From: an uncultured Acidimicrobiia bacterium
Lineage (GTDB): Bacteria; Actinomycetota; Acidimicrobiia; Spongiisociales; DATADW01
Length of the DNA: 64,000 bases
Assembly (NCBI GenBank): GCA_963826825.1
Contig: CAWGYV010000005.1
Location: 10,948 to 74,947, forward strand
Reading direction: 5' to 3'
Shown: positions 10,219 through 21,061 of the stretch, in pieces
How the letters are laid out: every line of letters starts with the position of its first letter
Position numbering within the stretch: position 1 is the stretch's first letter
Notes under the pieces: model-generated
The model's database searches: none
Seen by the model: the letters and a program-made list of their open reading frames with translations, nothing else
What the model was told of the DNA's origin: nothing
Made by a program: the position numbers and the translations under genes

Positions 10219-11393
10219 TGCAGCTTGGCCTCGATCTGGTGGACGTCCTTGTCACCGCGACCCGACAGGCAGACGAGCACGGTCCGCCCGGCGAGCGACT
10301 CCTTCTCGCGTGCGAGCCATGCGATGGCGTGGGCCGACTCCAGAGCCGGGATGATGCCCTCGGTCCTGGCGAGGAGACTCAACCCCTCGAGCGCCTCGTC
10401 GTCGGTGACCGAGTCGTAGCGGGCCAACCCGGCGTCGCGCAGATAGGCGTGCTCCGGGCCAACTCCCGGGTAGTCGAGCCCGGCCGATATCGAGTGCGCC
10501 TCGAGCACCTGGCCATCGGCGTCCTGGAGCATCAGGGTCCACGTCCCATGGAGCACCCCGGGCGACCCGGCTCCGATCGATGCGCCGTGACGACCGCTCT
10601 CGATCCCCTCCCCGGCGGCTTCCACCCCGACCAGGTCGGCGGCTCCTCCCAGGAACGGGTGGAAGATCCCGATGGCGTTCGATCCGCCGCCGACGCAGGC
10701 CACCACCACGTCGGGCGTCTCGCCGTCGAGTTGGGCGATGCACTCCTCGCCGATCACCTTCTGGAACTCGCGGACCATCCAGGGGTAGGGGTGCGGGCCG
10801 ACCACCGACCCGATCACATAGTGGGTGTCCTCGACCGTGGCCACCCAAGCCCGCAAAGCCTCGCTCACTGCGTCCTTCAACGTCCCGGCACCACTGGCCA
10901 CCGGGACGACCTCTGCCCCGAGCAGCCGCATCCGCACCACGTTGAGCTCCTGGCGCTCGATGTCCACTTCGCCCATGTACACGGTGCAATCGAGGCCCAT
11001 GGCGGCGGCTGCCGTGGCAGTGGCCACCCCGTGCTGGCCGGCCCCGGTCTCCGCTATCACCCTGGGCTTTCCCATCCGGACAGCCAGAAGGCACTGACCG
11101 ATGGCGTTGTTGATCTTGTGCGCCCCGGTGTGCGCCAGGTCCTCCCTCTTGAGCAGGACACGCATCCCGAGCTCGGCGGAGATCCGTCGCGCCTCGTAGA
11201 GCGGTGTGGGCCGGCCGGCGAACCCGGCCAGCCATGTCTGGTACTCGGTGACGAACCGGGGGTCGGACCATGCATCGGCGAACGCCGACTCCAACTCGGC
11301 CAACGCCGGCATCAGAGTCTCTGGGGCGAACCGCCCGCCGTAGTCGCCAAACCGCCCATCTCCGTCCGGACGGTCGAGCGGAGCCGGGATCAC
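10215..11393 (-). CDS. trpB: tryptophan synthase beta chain
   Basis: Uninterrupted 392-aa ORF with the [19 protein letters not shown]-lysine block and GGGSNAIG. Confidence 0.97.
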   Translation of the reverse strand: MIPAPLDRPDGDGRFGDYGGRFAPETLMPALAELESAFADAWSDPRFVTEYQTWLAGFAGRPTPLYEARRISAELGMRVLLKREDLAHTGAHKINNAIGQCLLAVRMGKPRVIAETGAGQHGVATATAAAAMGLDCTVYMGEVDIERQELNVVRMRLLGAEVVPVASGAGTLKDAVSEALRAWVATVEDTHYVIGSVVGPHPYPWMVREFQKVIGEECIAQLDGETPDVVVACVGGGSNAIGIFHPFLGGAADLVGVEAAGEGIESGRHGASIGAGSPGVLHGTWTLMLQDADGQVLEAHSISAGLDYPGVGPEHAYLRDAGLARYDSVTDDEALEGLSLLARTEGIIPALESAHAIAWLAREKESLAGRTVLVCLSGRGDKDVHQIEAKLQ

Positions 11394-11996
11394 GATCGAG
11401 CCGCCTTGGCCCGCTCGACGTATCTGCGGACTAGCTCTGCGTCTTTCACGCCCGGAGCCGTTTCGAGCCCGCTCGATGCGTCGACACCGAATGGGCGGAC
11501 CTCGGCGACTGCATCGGCGACGTTCTCGGGACCAAGCCCGCCGGCGAGGACGAAGTCACGGTGCTGGTCTCCGATGGAGCTCCAGTCGAAGGTCAGACCC
11601 GAACCACCGTGGAGCCCGGGCGCGGCGTTGTCGAGCAGCGGGATCTGACCCGATGGGACGGTGTCCAGGTCCACGGCGCCGTTGATCCGCACCGGCCAGA
11701 GGACCCGGAGGCCGCCTTGCTGCGCCATCTGCGCCGCCGCGGCTGCGTGGCGACCGTATGGCTGGACCCCGTCGGCCCCGGTCTGCTCGACCGCCTCGAT
11801 CAGCTCATTTGGCGACATGCCGACCGTCACCAGGATCTTCGCCACCGGGATACCCGTGCCGAGACTGCGCGCCTGCTCGATCGTGACCCGGCGCGGCGAT
11901 ACCGCGAGCACGAAGCCGATGGCGTCGGCTCCTGCCTGCACTGCGACCTCGGCGATCGCGCCGGTCGGAGACCCCGCAGACCTTGACCCATGTCAC
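11390..11996 (-). CDS. trpF: phosphoribosylanthranilate isomerase (one frame change near 11965)
   Basis: [10 protein letters not shown] (tail of ORF 11805..12800) joins [26 protein letters not shown]... (ORF 11390..11941). The GTG start overlaps the trpC stop (GTGA). Confidence 0.8.
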
Positions 11997-12800
11997 AGCC
12001 GGGCGGCTCCTTGCCGGACGGCAGCGTCTCCCGTTTCTGCGGCTATGAGCCGCGCCACGGCCGCCGCCGGGTCGGTTGCGCGCACCAGGCTCTCGCCCAC
12101 CAAAACGGCGTCGTAACCCGACGCAATCATCCGTGTCACGTCGGCGGGTCCGGTGATCCCGCTCTCCGCAACGCGGTCCTTCGAACCCTTCGAGCCGACG
12201 AGCCAGTCGTTCGGCGATGCTCAGATCGAGATCGAAGGTGGACAGATCCCGAGCGTTGACGCCGACGAGACTGGCGCCGGCGGCGCGGGCCCTTTCCGCT
12301 TCCACCTCGTCGTGGATCTCTACCAGCGTCTCGATTCCGGCCTCTGTCGCGGTGGCTATCAGCCTGGCCAGCATGTGATCCTCGAGGGCGGCGACGATCA
12401 GCAGGACGGCATCGGCGCCGATCGCCCGACTCTCCCAGATCTGCGCCGGGTCGAGTACGAAGTCCTTGCGGAGCACAGGGACGTTCACCGCCGCCGCGGC
12501 AGCTCTGAGATCGGCGATGCTCCCGCCGAAGAACTCCGGTTCGGTGAGGACCGAGATGGCCGCCGCACCGCCCGACTGGTACGCCGCGGCGAGGACCGCC
12601 GGGTCGAGGTCAGGTGCCAGCACGCCCCGCGACGGTGAGCGCCGCTTGACCTCGGCGATCACCCGGGCACCGGGTGCGGTGACCGCCGCCGTCAGCGAAC
12701 GCACCGGCGGAGACCGGAGCGCCGCACTGCGGAGCTCTGCCGATCGAGCCGCCAGATCGGGAATTCGACGGCGGACGGTTGCGATGATCTGGTCGAGCAT
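11993..12800 (-). CDS. trpC: indole-3-glycerol phosphate synthase (one frame change near 12190)
   Basis: ORF 11805..12800 gives VIAEVKRRSPSRG, ISVLTEPEFFGGS and LRKDFV. Own translation of the shifted tail gives KDRVAESGITGPADVTRMIASGYDAVLVGESLV with a stop at 11993. Confidence 0.9.
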
Positions 12801-12828
12801 CTCGAAGGAACGGTACAGCCGAGAGTGG

Positions 12829-13780
12829 TCAGTCCCGACCCGTCACCAGGGGCAGTTCGCTCACCCTGGCCGGCGCCGTGCCCTGATCCCAACGAACCTC
12901 GACCCGATCACCCGGCGACACCTCACGCCGCACCAGCGCCAGCCCGACAGGAGCTCGGACCGTGAGCGACTCGGCCACCGATGTGATCGCACCCACCTGA
13001 CGGTCATCCATCCAGAGTCCGGCGCCCTCCGGGGGGAGCACGTTGGTCTCGATCACCACCCCGCGCAGCAGGCGGTTGACGTGGCCCCGTGAGTCGATCC
13101 GGGCGACCAGTTCCTGGCCCAGGTAACAGCCCTTGGTGAACGAGACCGTTTCCTCCACCACCCCGGCCTCCTGGGGGATGGTCCGCTCGTCGACGTCCAC
13201 GCCCATCACCGGCTCGCCCGCCTCGACCCTGACCGCCCGCCATCCCAGCAACCCGGCGGCAACCGCCCCCGCAGTGCTCAACCGCTCCATCGCACCCTCA
13301 CCGGCCACGAAGAACCGGGGATGCGGGCCCAGCGGGGCCCTCGCCACCAGGAACCCGTCATCGTCGTGCCACCCGGGCGGGACCGTCAGCCCGGCCCGGG
13401 CCAGGACGATGCTCGGAATCCGGGCCGATCAGGTCGACCATGGGCCGCTCGTCGAGCCGCAGGCTCAGCTTCACCCGAATCTTGTATTGGGACAGATCGT
13501 CGAGCACGGTCTGCGCCACCCCGGCATCGGCGATCATCGCCACCCGATCCTCGCCACGGAGCAGCCACAGCAGCGCCCGCAGCTTGCCCTGCGGGCCGAG
13601 AAGCAACGACCTCGCCACCTCACCGACAGGTAGGGCCGCCACCTCCTGGGATAGGAGGTCCTCGAGGAAGCGGACCGCGTCCGGACCCTCGGCAACCACC
13701 ATCTGGTGCCTTGCTTCAACCACACCGGCGGCGCTGCGCAGCGCGGAGTACTCGGCGAGGACGTCCACGTCACCCGACAT
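12829..13780 (-). CDS. YgfZ/GcvT-family folate-binding protein (one frame change near 13350-13400)
   Basis: The N-terminal half is ORF 13358..13780 and the C-terminal half is ORF 12829..13347. The C-terminal half carries the YgfZ signature TKGCYLGQELVARIDSRG. Confidence 0.7.
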
Positions 13781-15255
13781 CTTGAGCCAATCGGAGAGCC
13801 GCCAGCGCGGCCGCCGCCTTGTTCATCGTCTCCTCGTACTCGGCGCCCGGCTCGCTGTCGGCCACTATCCCGGCCCCCGCCTGGACCCAGGCGGTCCCGT
13901 CAGCCACCACGACGGTACGGAGGCATATCGCGGTGTCCACATTGCCCGAGAGGTCGAGGTAGCCGACGGCGCCGGCGTACGGACCACGGGCCACCGGCTC
14001 GAGTTCGTCGATTATCTCCATGGCGCGCACCTTCGGCGCGCCAGAGACCGTCCCGTGGGGGAAGGTCGCCCGCAGGACGTCCACCGGGCCGATCCCGGGT
14101 CGGAGTTTTCCAGACACTCCCGAGACGATGTGCATGACGTGGGAGTAGCGCTCGACCGACATCAGCTCGTCCACGGTGACGGTGCCGAACTCACTCACCC
14201 TCCCTACGTCGTTCCTGGCCAGGTCGACCAGCATGACGTGCTCGGCAAGCTCCTTCGGGTCGTTGAGCATCTCCTCTTCCAAGGCCAGGTCCTCCGCCGG
14301 CGACGAGCCCCGGCGGCGGGTACCGGCGATCGGTCTGCTGTAGACCACGCCGTCGCGCACCCGGGTCATCAGTTCGGGTGACGAGCCGGCAACGATCACG
14401 TCTGGATGGCTCACATAGAAGAGGAACGGCGATGGGTTGATCAGCCGCAACGCCCGATAGACGTCGAACGGCTTGCCGTCATACCCGCTGGAGAGCCGCT
14501 GGCTGAGCACTATCTGAAATGCCTCGCCCTGTTTGATGTGGTCCTTGGCGGAGCGGACCGCCGCCTCGAAGGCCGGCTGGTCCATGGTGGACTCGTACCA
14601 GCCGTCGAGCGCAGCCATCGTCGACGGTGCAGGCCGCGGCTCGTACGGCGCCGCCGCCCCGAGCCGGCGAGTCGACTCGTCGAGAGCGGCTACCGCGTCA
14701 TCCCAGTCGGTGCCAGGGTTCGGGCCGGGGCGGATGTTCCGCACCAGAGTGACCACCTCGGTGAATCGGTCGTATGCGGCAAGCGACCCCACGGCATGCC
14801 ACACCATCTCGGGCAGCCCGCGATCGTCGGGGGGCATGGCGGGAAGGTGCTCGATGTAGCGGACGCAGTCGTACCCGAGGTACCCGACCAGCCCGGAATG
14901 GAGCGGTGGCAATCCGGCGAGGTCGGGTGCCGTGAGGTTGGAGAGCACCCGTTCCAGCACCTCGAGAGGTGTCCCTTCCCCGCCGCTCGAGCCCAGCACC
15001 GTCGCCCTCGATGGTCACCGTGCCGGACCGCGAGACGAGGGTGAACAGGGGGTCCCAACCGAGGAATGACCAGCGTCCCCACTGCTCACCGCCTTCGACC
15101 GATTCGAGCAGGAAGCCAGGCCCGTCTCCCACCAACTTCTGGTAGGCGCTGACGGGAGTTTCCCGGTCGGCGAGGACCTTGGTCGTCACCGGGACCACGG
15201 GGTGGAGACGCGCCAACTCGAGAAACTCGTCGCGACCGGGGGTGACTTCCCTCAT
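13770..15255 (-). CDS. trpE: anthranilate synthase component I (one frame change near 14990)
   Basis: The N-terminus is in ORF 14698..15255. The chorismate-binding C-terminus is in ORF 13770..14999 (FPHGTVSGAPKVRAMEIIDELEP, GPYAGAVGY). Confidence 0.9.
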
Positions 15256-15298
15256 GGCCCGAAGCGTAGGAACTGGCTCGGCCCACCCAGGCCGCCGA

Positions 15299-16129
15299 TC
15301 AGATGCTGTCGATGATGCTGCGGAGGGGGGTGGATTCGAAGAACTCGGTCACCCAACTCGCAATGACCGAGAGGTTGCCGGTGATCATGATCACCCCGAA
15401 GCCGATCAGCGCCACGGACGAGAAGACTCCGATAGCTCGACTGTGACGCCGCAGCCACCGGACGGCACCCATGGCACGGCCCAACGCGACTCCGGCGAGC
15501 ATGAAGGGGACACCCAGCCCCAGCCCATAGAAGAGGAGGAGAAGCATCCCCCTTCCCACACTCTCCTGCACCGCCGCCGTGGTGAGGATCGCCCCGAGCA
15601 CCGGTCCGATGCACGGCGTCCAGGCGAAACCGAAGGCCACCCCCATCAACGGGGGTGCCCACATGCCCAACCGGGACGGACGGACATCGATGCGTCGCTC
15701 CCTGGTCAGTCCGGATATCCGGGGAGACGTTGAAAGCGACATGACCAGCAGGAGGACGCCAAACCCGACCACTACCCAGCCCGCAACCCGTTCCGCCACG
15801 TCGAGGTTCGCCCTCAGAGCGGACCCGATGGCTGTCGCACCGGCACCGAGAGCAACGAACACCGCGGTGAACCCGGCGACGAACAGTCCCGTTGCCCGGA
15901 GCATCCGGCCGGTTGCGGCGGCCCCGGTCTCCAGCTCGGCAATCGAGTAGCCCGACATCAGGCTCAGATAGCCGGGGAGCAGGGGGAGCACGCAGGGAGA
16001 GATGAAAGAGATGATCCCGGCGCCGAAGGCGACAAGGAGCGGGACCTCGGTCAACGCCGCACCGCCCGGAAAAGAGCGGCTCGCATGCCGGCTCGTCATC
16101 GGGTCATCATCCCAGATCGGTGTCGTCAC
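15299..16129 (-). CDS. ccdA: cytochrome c biogenesis / thiol-disulfide electron transfer membrane protein CcdA (DsbD family)
   Basis: Uninterrupted 276-aa polytopic ORF with FISPCVLPLLPGYLS and a second WTPCIGPVLG motif. Confidence 0.8.
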   Translation of the reverse strand: MTTPIWDDDPMTSRHASRSFPGGAALTEVPLLVAFGAGIISFISPCVLPLLPGYLSLMSGYSIAELETGAAATGRMLRATGLFVAGFTAVFVALGAGATAIGSALRANLDVAERVAGWVVVGFGVLLLVMSLSTSPRISGLTRERRIDVRPSRLGMWAPPLMGVAFGFAWTPCIGPVLGAILTTAAVQESVGRGMLLLLFYGLGLGVPFMLAGVALGRAMGAVRWLRRHSRAIGVFSSVALIGFGVIMITGNLSVIASWVTEFFESTPLRSIIDSI

Positions 16130-16292
16130 CAGGCGGCGAAGACCCCGCCGCGTCTCACTCGATGGCTAACCTCCGAGGCCATGCCCGCCGAGGACTCCTC
16201 CGTCGGGGGGACGCCGCTGGGGTTCGTGGGTCCTCGGAGATGCCATCGACTGTCAGGTCGATCGGCGTGGGCGCGCACCAGGTAGCCCGCCG

Positions 16293-17529
16293 ATGAGGCG
16301 CTTGTTCAACCAACTGCTCCCGGTGTCGGCCTTCACCCGCGAAGACCGACGGGTTTCGGCGGTGATGTGGGTGGCGGCGGTGTTGCAGGGCTTCGCCCAG
16401 GCCCAGGTGACGAACACCCTTCCCTTTGTCCGGCTCAGCCTCGAGATGACCGAGGGGCAGATGAGCAGCCTCCTCGCCATCGCCCGGCTGGGTGCGTTCC
16501 TCGCCTTTCCCTTCACGGTCCGAGGCGACCGATACGGGCGCCGCGGCCCGTTTCTGATCACCTTCGCCATCCTCATGGCGGCCAACGCGGCCACCGCACT
16601 CGCCTATCAGCCGGCCGTGTTCGCCGGTCTCCAGGCGCTGGTCAGGATGGGGACCACCGCGGTCGGCGTCCTCGCCATCGTTCTCATCGTCGAGCAGCTG
16701 TCTCCCGCAGGTGCGGGCGTACGGGCTGTCGATCTACGGGGCGGGCGGCAGCTTCGGCGCCGGGATCGCCCTGGTGGCGCTGCCCATCGCCCGACTCGGC
16801 GACCAGTCGTGGCGGCTGCTCTTCGCCGCCAGCGTCCTCGGCTTGCTCGCCCTCCCCTTCCTCGCCCGGCATGTGAGAGAGAGCCCGATCCACGACGAGT
16901 ACAACCTGGGCAGGACCGGGTTGCTCGCCCCGCTCGGGGGGGCCAACCGTCGCAATTTCGTGGTCCTGGCGATCAGCTCGTTTCTCGCCGCCGCCTACAC
17001 CACCGTCGCCATCTCGTTCAGCTTCGAGCGGCTGGTCAACGATGTGGGGCTCTCGGTGGGGACCGCAGTCTGGATCAGCCTGATCGGGGGCACCCTTGGC
17101 GGGGTCGGGTTCTTCATCGGCGGCCGGATAGCCGACGAGGTGGGGAGGCGCGCTCGGCACCATCATCGGGTTCCTGCTGGCGGTAGCCGGTGGACTGGGT
17201 CTCTACTGGCTGGACGACCCGTTTGCCCTCGCCGGGGCGGTGTTCGTCTCCACCTTCGGTGCCTTCGCCGCCATCCCATCGGTTGGCGCCCAGCGCAACG
17301 AGCTCTTTCCCACCGGGCAGAGAGCGACAGCAGTCACCTGGCTCAACAACTTCGGGGTTCTCGGGTCGGTGGCCGGGCTGGCGCTGGGGTGCGGCGACCA
17401 TCGACACCCTTGGCCTGTCCGCAGACGGTCAGCATCCTCGCCGTCGGGATGGTGGTCGCGGCTCTGCTGATTCTGCTGCTCCCCGAGACACGGGGTCAGC
17501 CGCTGGGAGCGCTGATCACCGAGCGGTAG
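16293..17529 (+). CDS. MFS transporter, several frame changes
   Basis: Hydrophobic segments in ORFs 16293..17186, 16711..17529 and 17240..17470 join in order. The DRYGRRGP loop between TM2 and TM3 is typical of MFS. Confidence 0.6.
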
Positions 17530-18793
17530 CCGGTCGCCAGCCCCACGGCCCGGGCAACAACCAGGGCGACGATCCCGGTCCACACACCGAGCAGCCCCCA
17601 CCCGAGGGCGACGGCGCCGAGCATGACGGCCGACGCGATCACGGCGGCGGCGACGGTGGTCACGGCGAGGAAGGCGAACCGGGAAGCGCCGAGATAGATC
17701 CCGTCGCCGACGAAGACCAAGGCCGACAGCGGCTCAGAGACGGCGATTACCGGGAGGATCGCCGCCAGTTCGGCTGAAACAGCCGGGCCGGCGCCAAAGA
17801 GCGCGATGAGGGGGTCAGCGGTGATCGCAACCAAGGCTCCGAGGACGAGGCCGGCACCGGCTCCCCACCAGAGGAGTCTGATGGAGGACAGACGAACCTC
17901 GATCCGGTCACCCCTCCCGGCGGCTAGCCCGACCATTGCCTGGGCGGCGATGGCCAGGGCGTCCACGGCGAGAGCGAGCAAGAGCCACAACTGCGACGCC
18001 ACCTGGTGTGCCGCCACGGCGGCGGTCCCCACCCTTGCCGCTTGGGCGGTGGCCAGCGTGAAGAACCCGACCAGTGCAAAGGTCCGCAACCCGATGTCGC
18101 GTCCCGCCCTCAACAGCGGACCAGCCTGGTCGAACCGGGGGAACGACCACGGAATGTCGCCGCGGCGACGACTTCGTTCCAGCAGGACGAGAAACCACAC
18201 GCGCCCCGAGCCATTGGGCCACCGCCGTTGCAACGGCGGCTCCGGCGACACCCCAACCGGCGACGAAGATGAGCAGGGGGTCGAGCACCAGGTTGAGCAG
18301 GCTGATCGCCACCGTCACCACCAGTGGCGTCCTGGTGTCCTGCAACCCGCGGAAGACGCCGTTGGCGGCGATGACCAGCACAACCGCAGGCGCCGCCAGT
18401 GCCCGGATGCGGAGATAGACAAGCGCCGGATCGGTCACCTCGCCCTCGGCGCCCATCAAACCGAGGATGGGCTCGGCGAAAACCTGGAGGAGCACCATCA
18501 CCACCATCGCCGGCGGCTATCGCGAAAGCCACCGCCTGCCAGGCGATCCGCCCGGCGCCGACCGGATCCTCCCGACCGATCGCCCCCGCCAGCAGTGGCG
18601 TCGTCCCGTATGCCAGGAAGTTGAAGAGAAAGAAGGCGAAGGAGAACACCGCGGTGTCTACCCCGAGGGCAGCGAGGGGAATCTCGCCCAGCCGGGCGAC
18701 GAAGACGGTGTCGGTGAGCGACACCAGCGGGTCGATCGCCAGCGTCCCCAGCGCCGGGACTGCGAGCCGCAGGATTCGCCGGTCGATGGTCAC
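17496..18793 (-). CDS. MATE-family efflux transporter (DinF-like), several frame changes
   Basis: Ordered fragments in ORFs 18110..18949, 17908..18507 and 17496..18251(-), about 12 TM in total. RGLQDTRTPL is a MATE-like block. The GTG start at 18793 overlaps the nth stop (GTGA). Confidence 0.7.
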
Positions 18794-19504
18794 CCGGCGG
18801 GAGCCGCCTCCGCCGGTGGTGCCAGTCCCTGGCCTGTCTTGTACGGCCAAGGGCAGAGCCTGGCCAGTTCGCACTCCGGGCAGCGCGGGGAACGGGCGAT
18901 GCACACGTCGCGCCCGAATTGGATGATGCTCATCGACAGCTTGGACCAACTCGAGCGAGGGAAGACCGCCTTGAGATCCTGCTCGATCTTCAGCGGAACC
19001 TTGCTGGTGGTGAGTCCAAGTCGGTTGCTCACCCTTCGTACATGGGTGTCCACCGCTATCGCCGGCTGCCCGAACGCCTCGGCGAGGACGACGCTCGCCG
19101 TCTTGCGGCCAACCCCTCGCAATGGGACCAACTCATCGAGCGATGCCGGAACCTCGCCGCCGTGACGCTCAACGAGGTCGGCGGAGAGGGCGATGATCGA
19201 CTCGCTCTTCTGCCGGTAGAAGCCGGTCGAGTACACGATGCGCTCCACCTCTTCGGGATCGGCATCGGCCAGGTCATGGGGCGTCGGGTAGCGCTCGAAC
19301 AGAGCCAGGGGCGACCCGGTTGACGTTCTCGTCCGTCGTCTGGGCGGAGAGCACGGTGACCACCAGCAGTTGCCACGGGTTCTCGTAGTCGAGAGCGGTC
19401 CGGATCTCGGGGTAGCGCCGCCGCAGCCGGTTGAGGATGCTCCTGGCGCGTCCCTTCTCCGCCCTGGTCGGGATCGAGCCATCGGAGCGAACAATCGGCG
19501 CCAC
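18790..19504 (-). CDS. nth: endonuclease III (one frame change near 19300)
   Basis: ORF 19274..19504 gives NPWQLLVVTVLSAQTTD. ORF 18790..19515 gives the HhH motif LVPLRGVGRKTASVVL, DTHV and the 4Fe-4S cluster CIARSPRCPECELARLC. Confidence 0.9.
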
Positions 19505-19517
19505 CCGACGAGCATAA

Positions 19518-19536
19518 GCAGCGGCAGAGCCGCTGC
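19518..19536. other. perfect hairpin GCAGCGGC-AGA-GCCGCTGC followed by GTTTTGGGTT
   Basis: Read directly. It is a member of the CGCTGC/GCAGCG hairpin family also seen at 27232 and 34309. It lies 14 nt upstream of the nth start. Confidence 0.8.
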
Positions 19537-19561
19537 GTTTTGGGTTCTGGGTGATGAATGG

Positions 19562-19624
19562 CCCTCCCCGGATCCGCTACGCGGGTCCGACCCTCCCGTT
19601 CGGCGCCTGCGGCGCCGGGGAGGG
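19562..19624. repeat. nested GC-rich palindromic (REP-like) element
   Basis: Outer 10-bp inverted repeat CCCTCCCCGG (19562-19571) / CCGGGGAGGG (19615-19624). Inner hairpin CGGCGCC-TGC-GGCGCCG (19601-19617). Confidence 0.8.
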
Positions 19625-19734
19625 TGAAATCAACGGGAAGGGCTCAAGAAGGCACGGCGGGAAAGGCTCGGGACATCTGAAAGACGGCGGGTGACTTTTC
19701 GGGCTCTTGGCTCAGTCGGCGCTGCCCACCGCCA

Positions 19735-20676
19735 ATGAGCCGGAACCGTCGGGCTGGCTCCCTACCCTCCCGGCTCCGTGGGATCACGCCGACCTCTGTC
19801 GCCGCACTGGCGCTGTGCCTCGCTGCCTTCCTCTTCGGCGCCACCTTCGTCGTGGTCAAGGAGGCCATTACCTTCATCTCCCCGATGTCGTTCATCGCCT
19901 GGCGCTTTCTCCTGGGCGGTGTCGTGCTCGCCCTGTTCGCCCTCCCGCGGACGATGGCGGTGTGGCGTGACGGGTCGCTGCTCGGGATCCTCCTCTTCGC
20001 CGGGTTCGCCCTGCAGACAGAGGGACTGGCCAGGACCAGCGCCTCGAACTCCGGGTTGATCACCGGGCTGTACGTGGTGTTCACCCCGTTGATGGCGGCG
20101 TTGGCGAGCCGGTTCGCCGGAAGACCGTCGGTATTGAGGGTCCCGACACTGGTCGGCGTGCTCCTCGCTTTCGTCGGGCTGGCGATGCTGACCGTCGGCG
20201 ACGGCTTCTCACTCGCCGTCGGGGATCTTCTCACCGTCGGCTGCGCCATCGCCTTCGCCGGTCACATCGTGGCCCTGTCGGCGATTGCACCGCGTCATCC
20301 CGTGGTCCCGCTGACCGCAGTCCAGTTGCTGGTCACCTCGGTCCTCGCTTTCGCACTGGCGGCGGCGACGGGAAGCCTCGAAGTCCCCGGCAGGGAGGTG
20401 TTGATGGCGCTGCTCCTCACCGGATTGGTGGTCTCCGCCGGCGCGTTCCTCATCCAGGTGTGGTCGCAGACGGTGCTCGGCCCGTCGCGGACGGCAGTGC
20501 TGCTGGCTCTCGAGCCTGCATTTGCGGCCGCCACCGCCGCAGTCGTGCTCGGCGAACGGCTGACACCGAGAGGGTGGGCTGGTGCGGCCATCATCCTGGT
20601 GGCCATCTTCCTGGTGTTGACCCAACCCGAAGAGCCGGGGGTGATCGAGGCCGAGGCGGTCACCCCGGCCCACTGA
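19735..20676 (+). CDS. EamA/DMT-family transporter
   Basis: Uninterrupted 313-aa ORF with about ten TM segments arranged as two EamA-like halves. Confidence 0.8.
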   Translation: MSRNRRAGSLPSRLRGITPTSVAALALCLAAFLFGATFVVVKEAITFISPMSFIAWRFLLGGVVLALFALPRTMAVWRDGSLLGILLFAGFALQTEGLARTSASNSGLITGLYVVFTPLMAALASRFAGRPSVLRVPTLVGVLLAFVGLAMLTVGDGFSLAVGDLLTVGCAIAFAGHIVALSAIAPRHPVVPLTAVQLLVTSVLAFALAAATGSLEVPGREVLMALLLTGLVVSAGAFLIQVWSQTVLGPSRTAVLLALEPAFAAATAAVVLGERLTPRGWAGAAIILVAIFLVLTQPEEPGVIEAEAVTPAH

Positions 20677-20685
20677 AATGGGAGC

Positions 20686-20712
20686 AGTACTTAGTACTTG
20701 GTACTTAGTACC
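20686..20712. repeat. tandem heptamer array, AGTACTW family (AGTACTT x2, GGTACTT, AGTACC)
   Basis: Read directly. It is an AT-rich island between two convergent stop codons (20676 and 20728). Confidence 0.95.
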
Positions 20713-20727
20713 TGGACTGGTAGTCGC

Positions 20728-21012
20728 TCAAGGGGAGGTCACCGCCGCTCGTTGCTCCCGGTCCATCCGGCGCGCCATCCGGAGCAGGATGCGGACCGTC
20801 GCCACCAAGGCGAAGAGCACACCGACGAGGATCAGCCCGAACTCGGGGCCGGCGGTCAAACCGGTGGCGCAAGCGGCGATCCCATCGGGGCACATGCCAA
20901 ACCCGCTCCCGCCGCCGGACAGGTCGATGAGGACGAGTAGCGGGATAGCCGCCACCGCCATGATGGCGAGCAGCAAGACCCCGATCAGCACCCGGATCCA
21001 AGTCACAGACAC
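20728..21012 (-). CDS. small two-TM membrane protein, hypothetical
   Basis: 94-aa ORF with two hydrophobic helices and G/C-rich third codon positions. The overlapping plus-strand reading (start of ORF 20678..22723) is S/T/R/P-rich and looks off-frame. Confidence 0.5.
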   Translation of the reverse strand: MSVTWIRVLIGVLLLAIMAVAAIPLLVLIDLSGGGSGFGMCPDGIAACATGLTAGPEFGLILVGVLFALVATVRILLRMARRMDREQRAAVTSP

Positions 21013-21061
21013 GAAACGAAAGGCTACCTGGGCTCAGGTTCCCCTAGGTACGATCCCGGCG

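Noticed and set aside
19518-19545. Hairpin plus T-run as an intrinsic terminator on the plus strand
   Set aside because: No plus-strand gene ends upstream of it, since the region is antisense to nth, so a terminator role is unsupported. It is kept only as a member of the shared hairpin family.
20678-21061. N-terminal 128 codons of ORF 20678..22723 as part of the ThyX-like protein
   Set aside because: The stretch starts inside the AGTACT array, is S/T/R/P-rich and has no ThyX similarity. The opposite strand encodes a coherent two-TM protein. I placed the ThyX-like start at the GTG at 21062.
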